Source of the DNA: a virus
Lineage: Duplodnaviria; Heunggongvirae; Uroviricota; Caudoviricetes
Strand: one strand, 5' to 3'
Length of the DNA stretch: 64,000 nt
IMG/VR virus record: IMGVR_UViG_3300001528_000174
Coordinates: 1-64,000 of that record
The first letter of the stretch is position 1. Each line of letters starts with the position of its first letter. A program made the translations under genes and the position numbers. Below, in pieces: positions 28,582 through 37,976 of this stretch. The notes under the pieces are model-generated. The model did no database searches, was not told where the DNA came from, and saw only the letters and a list, made by a program, of their open reading frames with translations.

Positions 28582-29439
28582 ATTGCTAATATTTTTTTTA
28601 GAACTCTAGCCAAGTTACAACCTTGGTACAATGCTGTTATTTACTAGAGTTTGAATAAGATTAGTTTAGATCCCATTCAGTAAGAGCTACTTCAGGAGTC
28701 ATACCTGAGTTAATACTCTCAGAAACTTCAGCTTCTAAGCCAAAGTTCTTAGCGATGTGTAATGCTTGTTCTTTTGTCATTTTGTTTGTTTGTTTTGAAT
28801 TTTTATACTTAGCACTTTAGTTTTAAAACCTATAAACCACGTTGAGGTATGCTTTATGATATAGGATTTCGTCTAGATGTGATCAGCACCTAGACAGGAA
28901 TTTCAACCTTAATAACAAAAACCAACTATTGTAGTGATTTTGTTTAAATTTGTTTTGTTTTGTTTGTTGTTTTTGTTTTTTAGTTTAACACCCAATATAA
29001 AATAAAAATATAGTGTTGTTTTATTTTTGTTAGGTATTGAATGTTGTATTGTGATTTGAAGAGGATAATTGGATTGCAAATGAGAGGTGAAAAATGGGGA
29101 AAGTGAGATTAGTGTTTGGGTTGGATTTGGGGTAGTGTGCTCATTCACATTCACATTAATCCATAATACCAACTCACTTTCCTAATCCATTCCCAACTTA
29201 TCCCCCACCAACTCCAACTATCTCTCCAAATAGCGTACTTAACCACTAAAACTTTATCATTTTCAATCATCAACATAAAAATTCCGACAGTTTGAATCGT
29301 CATTTCAATGTGATAAATTTCTAAAGTTTCGAGGTCAACAAGCTTATTTTTCCCACAAACTCCCTTGATAGTCTTGAACATACAAAGAATTAATGAAAAA
29401 AAATTTTAAAAAAGGGAGAGATTTCTCTCTCCCCTTATG

Positions 29440-29841
29440 TTACGACAAGCGAATGTTACTGAAACGCTTGGCGTTGTTGAAATTCGCCAAGGTTTCAATA
29501 TCCACTGTAATAGTGGTTATTCCCTTGTCTGCGAGATACTTAGCACAAGCCTCAAGGTCATTGCAACCTGGACAAGATTGCGCTAAGATGCGAGTTACGT
29601 TAACAGTACGCTCACCCTCAAGACCCTCGATGGTGATACCTGATGCTGAAAGTACTATTACCGTTTGAGCAGGCTGTCCCGTCATCATATTGGCAGGGAT
29701 AGTACGCTCATTAGCATCAAGCTGCACGTTATCACCGAGTGTCATAACGATGTTGGCACTCTTGTTAAGGGCTGTCTCAATTTGGACAGCCGACATGGCG
29801 CTGTGGTTCACAGTGCCATTCTTTCCTACTGAAATTTTCAT
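29440..29841 (-). CDS. Hypothetical protein encoded by an anomalously GC-rich gene (~45-50% GC), probably acquired horizontally
   Basis: 133-aa intact ORF (MKISVGKNGTVNHSAMSAVQIETALNK...SCPGCNDLEACAKYLADKGITTITVD). Its composition contrasts sharply with the ~28% GC flanks. Confidence 0.45.
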   Translation of the reverse strand: MKISVGKNGTVNHSAMSAVQIETALNKSANIVMTLGDNVQLDANERTIPANMMTGQPAQTVIVLSASGITIEGLEGERTVNVTRILAQSCPGCNDLEACAKYLADKGITTITVDIETLANFNNAKRFSNIRLS

Positions 29842-30242
29842 TTTGTTTTGTTTTTTAAATTGTTGTTAATTTTTGTTATGGTTTTTATACCAAATATGTG
29901 GGGGGCTCTGGAGGGCAGTGAAAGCACGGGTAAATTACTAAATTACATTTAAATATTAACCTCTCCAATAAATATACTATTAAAATACAAATATAATAGT
30001 TTCTAAAAATAACCCCTAAAAAATTTGTATATCTGAATAAAATATTATAATAAAGTATGACAAATAAAACTATTATACAATACTTTAATTAAAAATTGAT
30101 CCAGGGGGGGCTATATAAATCTGCCCTAAAAAAATTTTAAAATTTTTATTTAAAAATTTCTAAATATTAACTTTTACAAAATTTAACTTTTACTATTTCA
30201 CTCCTCGACTATATTACTCGTGTAATCAAAAAGAAATAATAA

Positions 30243-30551
30243 ATGACGAAAGAACAACTAATACAAAGTATTGATGAACTTCCTGATTAGTATAATATAG
30301 GTTTATAGGTTATTGGAAATGTTATTCATATAACTTTAACTAAAAAGGTAGATGAATTTGAAGAATATTGTAATAAATTAGATGATGATATATTCAGTAA
30401 TGCTTGTTCAATATTTGGAATTATTTCGGATATATCTTTAGAAGAATTTTCTTCTAATTTAAATAATCCAAATAATAAAAAATATAAGCAAGAGTTTAAA
30501 CAAATAGTAAATTTTTTGAATGGATTTAACGAAACTAAAAAAGATTAGTAA
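30243..30551 (+). CDS. First TAG-recoded gene of the late region. Hypothetical protein of ~102 aa with 3 in-frame TAG codons.
   Basis: Hand translation from ATG 30243 reads MTKEQLIQSIDELPD(TAG)YNIGL(TAG)VIGNVIHITLTKK...NGFNETKKD(TAG) and ends at TAA. Confidence 0.4.
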
Positions 30552-30732
30552 TATTGCTCCTAATCTTACTATTAAGCAATTAGTAGAAATTATGGATATA
30601 AGTAATAACTCTTATATAACTATTATTGATAGTGCTATAAATGGTAAAATAAATAATAGAATTATAGACAATAGAACTACATCAACTGGTCTTGGTGATA
30701 TAGTATATGGAACTACTAGTGTAACAAAATAA
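30520..30732 (+). CDS. Hypothetical small protein
   Basis: 70-aa track ORF with no TAG, ending TAA. Confidence 0.35.
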   Translation: MDLTKLKKISNIAPNLTIKQLVEIMDISNNSYITIIDSAINGKINNRIIDNRTTSTGLGDIVYGTTSVTK

Positions 30733-30743
30733 TAGATAATTAT

Positions 30744-31034
30744 TCTCTTATGGTGTAATGGTTAGCACAGAAGACTCTTAAAATAGGAGCTTTATATGGC
30801 GACATATATTGGAACTCTTCCCCTAATAAACCGAAGCCTCGAATATAGTAATATATTCTTTGGTGAGGGCTTACTAAATTAACTTAATGTTATAAATGGC
30901 GTAGAGACTATATAGGGAAGCATCTCTAGCAGATGAAGAAATAGTCCAGACTACAACATCCTATTAGGATGGCTTATGTAAAAGTAAGAGTAGTATGAAA
31001 TCTTTTAGTCTGGGTTCGAATCCTAGTGGGAGAA
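30744..31034 (+). tRNA. Split tRNA. Read as an amber-suppressor tRNA with anticodon CUA, interrupted in the anticodon loop by a ~219-nt intron.
   Basis: 5' half at 30744-30778: acceptor tctctta, D arm gtgtaatggttagcac, anticodon-stem strand gaaga, then ctct. 3' half at 30998-31034: aaa, then tcttt which pairs with gaaga, then T arm ctggg-ttcgaat-cctag, then tgggaga which pairs with tctctta (two G-U pairs), then discriminator a. Joining ctct|aaa gives the loop cuCUAaa. Confidence 0.4.
30779..30997 (+). other. Candidate self-splicing (group I-like) intron within the tRNA anticodon loop
   Basis: A ~219-nt insertion between loop positions 35 and 36. The 5' exon ends in U and the intron ends in G (tatg|aaa), as group I splicing requires. 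Internal P-elements have not been verified. Confidence 0.3.
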
Positions 31035-31035
31035 C

Positions 31036-31317
31036 ATGATAGCAGCAATTTATGAATTAAATGGTAAGGTTTTAAAAACAACTAATCTTACTAAGAAATT
31101 AAAACGATTAAAATCAGAACCTAAGATTCTATTTCAATTAGAGAATGGAACAGAAGCTGATTTAGACCAATGGATTAAAGACAACCAAAATATAAAATCT
31201 AATTCAGAAGAAGATATTGAAATTAAAAAGTATCATTATAGAAATCCAATTACAGGATATACAATAACTTCTATATATGATAATCTAGATGTTAATGGTT
31301 ATATAAAAATTGATTAA
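31036..31317 (+). CDS. Hypothetical protein
   Basis: 93-aa track ORF ending TAA. Confidence 0.4.
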   Translation: MIAAIYELNGKVLKTTNLTKKLKRLKSEPKILFQLENGTEADLDQWIKDNQNIKSNSEEDIEIKKYHYRNPITGYTITSIYDNLDVNGYIKID

Positions 31318-31475
31318 TGACTAACAAAGAATTAAAAGACTTAAAGTCTAAAATGAACAAAGTACTTAATGAAGTACAGTAGATTATTGATACTATAGGA
31401 GATAATGATTTACAAGATAATCAATTAACTCTTAATTTTTGTGATAAGTTAAATGAATTATCTGTTGCTTATTAA
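31317..31475 (+). CDS. Hypothetical small protein with 1 in-frame TAG
   Basis: Reads MTNKELKDLKSKMNKVLNEVQ(TAG)IIDTIGDNDLQDNQLTLNFCDKLNELSVAY. The ATG overlaps the upstream stop as taATG. Confidence 0.3.
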
Positions 31476-31512
31476 TAAATATTTGGGGATGAGTATTTAT
31501 TAATTTAAAAAA

Positions 31513-31550
31513 AATAGCCGAGGCTTCTCATTTGAGAAACTTCGGCTATT
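31513..31550. terminator. Bidirectional rho-independent terminator between convergent plus and minus gene blocks
   Basis: Long near-perfect hairpin atagccgag-gcttctca-tt-tgagaaac-ttcggctat. It is flanked by aaaaaaaa upstream (a T-run for minus-strand transcripts) and tgtggtttt downstream. Confidence 0.5.
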
Positions 31551-31556
31551 GTGGTT

Positions 31557-32300
31557 TTAATGTCCCAACTCCTACAAAAACTATCTAAAATGGTAAGAAC
31601 TAGTCTGAGGATAATACTCCCGATTATTCATATTGTTATATATATCTATAAAACCTCCAATAGTACCTGTACTTACTCCTATAGGAGTGCCATATTTATT
31701 CCACTAATACTAAATATTACCAACTTTTCTTTGTGGTATTACAGAAAAATCAGTTTGCCAAGTATGTGTACGACTTTCCTAAAGTTTTTTATTCCATTTT
31801 CTATACTAAGGATATTTATAATAAGCTTTAGTATAATCATACTGAGGCTTAGAAGAATAGACATAATTACTAATAAGAGGACTATATTCTGTAGTCTATT
31901 TTACTTTAGGTCTAAATCCACTATACTTTACATATTTACCCCATCTCATAGGAGCCGTATGAGGGTTAATAACTTGATATTCAGGGAATCCCATGCTTGT
32001 ATAATCTCTAAAATCAAATCTAGGATTTGAACCTATTTCTAGCATATTAATAGCTCCTGACTAAGATCCTGAAGAGTAACTTTTTAATCCGATAGTAGGC
32101 TACTACAAAGCACCAAAATATCTACTTTCATTATATGCCTCTCCATAATATCCATTTATATTTAATTTTTTAGCTAACTCTGTAGTCTATTTGGTACCTT
32201 CTTCTATAGATAAAGTGCCCTAAGCTACTTTATTATTAATATCATCAAATAACTAATAATTTGGGTCTGTTCTCTATAATCTATTTTTTATAGAATTTAC
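31557..32300 (-). CDS. TAG-recoded minus-strand gene I, a virion-type protein. Its start is unresolved and it may be fused to gene H by a frameshift.
   Basis: Open frame with many in-frame TAGs ending at TAA (plus-strand tta at 31557-31559): ...GFPEYQVINPHTAPMRWGKYVKYSGFRPKVK(TAG)TTEYSPLISNYVYSSKPQYDYTKAYYKYP.... The frame stays open for ~100 codons upstream of the first ATG and overlaps the end of gene H. Confidence 0.3.
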
Positions 32301-34388
32301 ATATTCCTAAAAAGAATTAATACCAACTCTATTATTTAATATTGCCGTAACATCTCCTCCTAAACCTCCTCTTGAAGAATTTAATAACTAATTACCTCCA
32401 ATTCCTGAAGCCTATCCATTAAATGGAGCTACTACGGAACGAAGAGCATTATTTTCTGTAGTAATATCCCATTTTGGAGTAAATTTAGAAAACCAGAATG
32501 CTGTTCTTATTCCCATATTATCTGCTATTAAATTCTAATTAACTATAGATTCTACAGCATCGTCACTATAGCTCTATGGAATACCCCATATAGTTCTAGC
32601 TTCTTGAATTTCCTAAGGAGTTAACTTTAGTCTAGCCCAATCATTAGTAACAGCATTAGTATTCATTTTCTAGATTCTATTAGTTAGCCAAGGACTACTA
32701 AACATTTGAGCTTGTCTACCTACTTGCTTAGATTTAAAACCATTATAGTTATCCATAGCTACCATTAAATCATATATTCTAGGATGTTTCTATAATTGGG
32801 TATATAATTCTTCAGCTTTTATAGGTAGAGCCTACTCTGTAGTATTAAATACTTGACCTTTCTATATAGCTGTGTTACCTAGTGATTCCCACTATTTCTA
32901 TAACTATTTATATTTCTATGGGTATAGTCTAGAATAATAATTATGAGCTAACTATCCTGTAGCATATCCTTTAGCATCTTCTCCAATAGTCTAAACATCG
33001 ATTACATGATTCCCATCAGAGTTAAATACTTTGTTATTACCTTCTAAGGACTATTTAAAACCATTAGATGGTCCATATTGAGATCCTTCTTTACCAATAC
33101 TTTTCTAAACTGCTCCTAATCTAGATTTAGTTGTTAATAACTCTAAGTCGTGAGGTACTCCGTTAATAATTCCAGAACCATATAATCTTGTAGAACCTCC
33201 AACAAGGGCACTTCCATTTAAAGTAGTTTCTAAGTCTTTTAAATATTGACCTAATTCAGGAGAGCCTGAAGTAACTTTACCAGTAGTATAATTTATCTTA
33301 GGGCGAATAGTCACTTCCTAACCATTTAAATTAATAGTTGCATTAGGGTCTTTACGTGTCTTTAAATTTGCAGCATAGTTAGCATGCCACTATTTTCCAC
33401 TTTCAGCAGTAGCTTCCCAATCAATTTTAGGATTATGAGTTCTAATATATTTTATATCTCTATATTTAGATAGAGCATTAGGATAAGTCGCCTCTAAATC
33501 AGACATTTTATTTTGTAGCTACTATTCATAAGCTTCTTTAGATGCAGATCTAGCCTCACCTATACTACTCCAAGTATATTTTTTATTAATTATATCAGAT
33601 AATCTTTTAGCGGGTTTCCAAGATTTATAAATTCTATTAATACCATAAGGAGCAAAAGTAAAAGCGGTATTTAATCCAGCACTTGCATAATTATTATCTT
33701 TTACATCGTGATGTATATCAGCAAGATTCTAACCTATAAACATAGCATTACCTATACCTCTAGCAGTAGCACTAGGTAACATACTGAGTACCATAGAAGT
33801 ACCAGTATTTATATCATGTATAGATTTTAATAATCTATAACCTAAGGGAGCATCCCACTAAGAATTATTTATAAGGTTTCCATTATTATCTTTTAAATAT
33901 TGCCCGGTTTCTAAATCTTTTAAAAATGGATCTTCAGGATTATAATCTATAGATCTATCAGAGTGTACAGTGGGAGATACTTTATAAGTACTTCTATACT
34001 CATTTTCAGCTTTATCCCTAGCTTTTTTAGCTAATACTTTACTCCCAGAACTTTTTGAAGACTCTAACTCAGCATCAGCACGTGCTTTATTAATATTTAG
34101 TTTATGTGCATTACTAAAACCCTAGTTTACTTCCTATTTATTAGTTCCTCCAGTATTTATTAATCTATTTTTTCTATACGTAGGGGCATAAAATGTTTTT
34201 ACTCTAGTACTATTATTCTATTCAATATGCTGAGGCACCACTTCTACCTAAGGTCTCTATAATTTCTAAGTACTCTTCTAAAGACCCTAATATAAAGATT
34301 TTACTGAAGCACCATTATCTTTGGAATTAAATAAATTTATTCCTCCCCAAGACTATTTATAATTATTATCTTTTATCTATACAGCCAT
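32297..34388 (-). CDS. TAG-recoded minus-strand gene H, a large (~696 aa) hypothetical virion protein
   Basis: Hand translation from the ATG (plus-strand cat at 34386-34388) through the track fragment 33105..33314 to TAA. It contains more than 30 in-frame TAGs and sequence such as ...NAMFIGQNLADIHHDVKDNNYASAGLNTAFTFAPYGINRIYKSW.... Confidence 0.4.
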
Positions 34389-34513
34389 GGTGTTCTTACT
34401 ATTACTGGAGTTCCTAATTTATCTAACATTTTTAATCCTAATATAGCTTTATTGTCTAAGTCAAATGAACGCCATTTCTTTTTATATTCATCAGGATTAA
34501 ACTTCCAAATATC

Positions 34514-35509
34514 TTATGCTCTATATACTTTTCTACCATTAGATGTTCCTTCCTAGATCAAATGTCCAGCAGCATCAACTCCTCTATCTCCAAAGTCTAA
34601 ATTATTATTAGCACTTTTCCAAGAAGTCTTATTAGTTACATTAGTTGCTTTCTATAAAGGTTTCTTAGTAAAGAAATCTAAAGTTTCAGTATTCTCATAT
34701 ACTGGAACATCTTTATAAGGATATACTTTTCTTATATAATTTTCATGTGGACCATAATCTACATTTACCTTTCTTACTCCATAGGAAGGGTTGATAGTTT
34801 TATTATATAAATAAGCATCAATCATATCATTACCTTTAGCTGCTTTCTAAAATCCAGTGTATGCTTCAGGAGCATAGGTATTATAACCTACACCTGTTGA
34901 TACGTAAGATAATACTCCAGCATGTTTCTTTGGAGTAGCCTTATGCATATTATATAATATATCTTCTATAGGATTTGCATCATTAGAAGTTCTCATAGCT
35001 ACTTCTATACTTCGTTTTAAAGGAGCTTTCATGGAATATCCAACCATAGGTATCATAAATAAATAATTACTAGCTTTAGTCGGATTTTTAGAAACATCAA
35101 TAGCTCCTTTAGTATAATCATAAACTGCTTGAGCCATAGGAGCTAAAGCATACCCTATACCTGAATTAGCTAATGCTTTTATTGGACTAGTATTATTATT
35201 CCAACTATCTACTTCTCTAGCATAAGCTCCTTTAATAGGATGGTTTCTATTCTTATTACTATAATTATATAATTTAGAATTGGTGTGTCCTCCCTATTGT
35301 ATAGTTCCTCTATTATCTACAAATATATCTTGTATTCCATTTACTGTTCTTATAGGAATTACTCTCTACTAAAACTTAGCTCCTATATAAGGGGATTTAA
35401 ATCTAGACTATCTTTGTCTAGAATAATATTCCATATCTATAGCTGCCTATTTATTTTGAGTATTATTATTTACTCCTTTATTTTGTTTACTTTCATCTAC
35501 CCTTGGCAT
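34514..35509 (-). CDS. TAG-recoded minus-strand gene G, a ~331-aa hypothetical protein
   Basis: Runs from ATG (MPRVDESKQNKG...) through the track fragment 34847..35137 in frame to TAA. It has about 10 in-frame TAGs. Confidence 0.4.
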
Positions 35510-35675
35510 ATTTTAAATTTTATTTTTCCAAATACTAGTTACACTATCTATACCTAATAATCCCATGCAGCAATAAAGCACAGTATCAACCATTTCAGGA
35601 GCTTGTATCTAATTAATAGAGCAATATATAAGTATAGCTAAACTAATTACCCATCCAAGTATCCCGCATACTCTT

Positions 35676-35861
35676 TTACTACTTATTCCTGTATGGGCTG
35701 TTATTAAGTTTATTAAGAATTTCTTCATTGCCCATTAAAAAGAATTTAAACAATAATCCTACAAAAGAATCAGGTGCTAAATTAGCCAATTCTTCTATAG
35801 GAATATCTGGATGAGTATCTACATATTCAGATACTTCCTCAATAGTTTTTAATTTATCCAT
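35676..35861 (-). CDS. Small hypothetical protein F (MDKLKTIEEVSEYVDTHPDIPIEELANLAPDSFVGLLFKFFLMGNEEILNKLNNSPYRNK)
   Basis: Part of track ORF 35679..35942, ending TAG then TAA. An overlapping alternative-frame small TM ORF (MKKFLINLITAHTGISSKRVCGILGWVISLAILIY...) at ~35505-35723 is also possible. Confidence 0.25.
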
Positions 35862-36079
35862 TATATAAAAATTAATATCGTGATAATTTGTAATATCTAT
35901 CCAATTAGTCCTCCTATCATAGTAGCAGCTATATCTAACCAATCAAATTTGTTTCCATATTGTTTATCCTTAAACTCCATTCCAAATGCACATCCTAATA
36001 CAGCCAGTATAGTAAATATTAATCCAATAGGAATAGCACATAATAAATGTTTTGGACGATTACTTTCTTTTAGCCACAT
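35860..36079 (-). CDS. Holin-like small membrane protein with two TM helices and 1 in-frame TAG
   Basis: Reads MWLKESNRPKHLLCAIPIGLIFTILAVLGCAFGMEF...WLDIAATMIGGLIG(TAG)ILQIITILIFI then TAA. Confidence 0.35.
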
Positions 36080-36155
36080 AGTTACTAACTCTTAATAAAT
36101 TTTTCCACAGCTATTGATCTCTTTCATTTACAAAATCAAAGAACTTTTGTAATTC

Positions 36156-36660
36156 ATTAATCTTCTCTGTCAGAATATACGTATCCATTATTATTTTTAT
36201 TAAGTTTTAAATTAAATCCAGAACCTCTAGTTTTAGTAACATATAAGGTAGGTAATATATTGGCTCCATCATAAACTATTTTAGTTCCTCCATTATTATA
36301 ATCATAATCAGAACCTAAATAATCCATGATATCATCTAATGACTTACCACTATTAGGATTTATATACTAATCTTTACTTAAATGATATATCTAATTATTA
36401 TTACTCCAAGATTTATTACCTAACCAAGGATAAGTAGGATGAGACTTAGTTTTATAAGTTCCTGATTTTCCTTCATCAGGAAAATGCCCAGTAGGAATAT
36501 AGTTATTCCAATTATGTGCTAAGATATTATTTAATTGTAACCAAGCAACAATAGGTTGGTCATTATAATATTTTCTATAGTCATACGAATCCTTAGATAA
36601 ATCTTGATTATTCCAAGCTCTAGATAATTGCTTACTCCAAGTATTATATAAAGATGGCAT
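36156..36660 (-). CDS. TAG-recoded gene D, a hypothetical protein
   Basis: Track fragment 36391..36660 (MPSLYNTWSKQLSRAWNNQ...) continues through TAG for ~75 more codons to TAA at ~36156. Confidence 0.35.
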
Positions 36661-37088
36661 TATGGTAAAATTGCGTTAATAATAGGATATTTAGCTTGTA
36701 TTCCATAGTATTTATCTATTAACCAACTAATAGGGGAAGTTACGTAAAAATCAGGTAACCTAGTATCCATTACCATTTTTCTAGCCTCCTAAGGATTTTT
36801 ATTCCAACCATTTTTATCTCTAAATGCTCTATAACTTGATTGAGCTTCTTCTCTATTATAATCTTTAATAAATTTACTATAAGCTAAAGCTCCTCTTGCT
36901 ATAGGTAATCCATAAGCCACTGCCTTAACATAAGCTTTTCCAACAGGGTCAGTATTACTTAAAGGCTTCTTTAAATCATTATCTCTTACTCTAGCATACT
37001 AAGGATATTTTTTATCTATGGCTTGCTACATCTATTGTGGAGTCCATACAGCTTTACCTTTTTGATATTTAGGAACCAGTTTAAGCAT
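36660..37088 (-). CDS. TAG-recoded gene C, a ~142-aa hypothetical protein
   Basis: Reads MLKLVPKYQKGKAVWTPQ(TAG)M(TAG)QAIDKKYP(TAG)YARVRDND... then TAA. The stop overlaps the ATG of D as taATG. Confidence 0.35.
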
Positions 37089-37734
37089 TTCTAAATTTAT
37101 TTATATATTTAACAATAGTAGTACCATTAGCATCAGAGCCTCCAACTTTTCCATATTTATAATAGTTTTTAGCCCATTTTGGATTTAGCCATGATGCTGC
37201 TATAGCTTCTCCAGTAGCTGCTATGCCATTACTTCTTAAGAATCTTGCATTATCATCATAAAACTATGATGCAGCTAATACTTGAGCATCAACATTGTTT
37301 TTAAACTATTCTCTAGATAAATTAGAATATTTACTTCTAGTACTATCTATAAACTAAAACCATCCAGCAGCTGAACTATTTTTTGATTGAGCCCTTGAAT
37401 TATATCCAGATTCCAAATGAGCTAGCTTCATTAAAGTAATTTTCTTATCACCAGTGATACCATATTTATCTAAGGTCTATTCAAGTATCTATTTATTACC
37501 TCCAGTATTATGATTTAATGTTAAAGATTCATTATTTGTTTCCATAGATGTTTTACTATTAGAGAAATATCCATCTAGATTTAAACCATTTGTATGAAAA
37601 TCTCCCGTATTTAATTCAGGAAACAGTTCATACTATTTAAGAGAGTAGTCTAAATCAATTCCTTTACTTTTTAATACTTCTGTAGCAGGTTTATCAGGAA
37701 TATCTAAAGCCTCATATTTAAAATATTCACTCAT
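37081..37734 (-). CDS. TAG-recoded gene B, a ~217-aa hypothetical protein
   Basis: Reads MSEYFKYEALDIPDKPATEVLKSKGIDLDYSLK(TAG)YELFPELNTGDFHTNG...AASWLNPKWAKNYYKYGKVGGSDANGTTIVKYINKFRNA then TAA. Its ATG overlaps the HNH stop as ATGA. Confidence 0.4.
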
Positions 37735-37976
37735 AATTTTATTAAGCCATTATGTATTTTAGCATGGCAATTCTTACAAACACAAACTGTTTGAGATAAT
37801 TCTTTAATAAATAAATCTGTAGGTATATGACTTACAGCTTGAGATATATTAAATAATTTTTCTCCAATGTGATGAAATTCTAAACAACATTTAGTACTCT
37901 CTCCACATATTATACATTGTGTTTTATGCTCATTTAAAATCTTTTTATTTTCTTTATAATACTTATTCTTTTTCAT
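37731..37976 (-). CDS. HNH homing-endonuclease-like protein
   Basis: 81 aa intact with no TAG. Motifs are C-x2-C (QCIICGE), EFHHI, and a C-x2-C-H-x3-H tail (CKNCHAKIH). Confidence 0.7.
   Translation of the reverse strand: MKKNKYYKENKKILNEHKTQCIICGESTKCCLEFHHIGEKLFNISQAVSHIPTDLFIKELSQTVCVCKNCHAKIHNGLIKL

Noticed and set aside
28909-29381. Two track ORFs (87 aa and 76 aa) across the GT-rich / CA-rich block
   Set aside because: Their K/N-rich and W-rich compositions follow directly from the mononucleotide skew. They are not credible proteins, although the first ~45 codons of 29151..29381 might be real.
31551-32030. Plus-strand 159-aa ORF
   Set aside because: It lies antisense to the recoded minus-strand gene I and begins inside the bidirectional terminator. 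The minus-strand reading, which has TAG as sense, is coherent.
36391-36393. Apparent 1-nt discrepancy between my hand indexing and the track for the stop of ORF 36391..36660, and similarly for the ATG at 54747
   Set aside because: It was treated as a counting slip, either mine or in chunking, rather than a real indel or frameshift. The track coordinates were kept and my hand coordinates were flagged as approximate.
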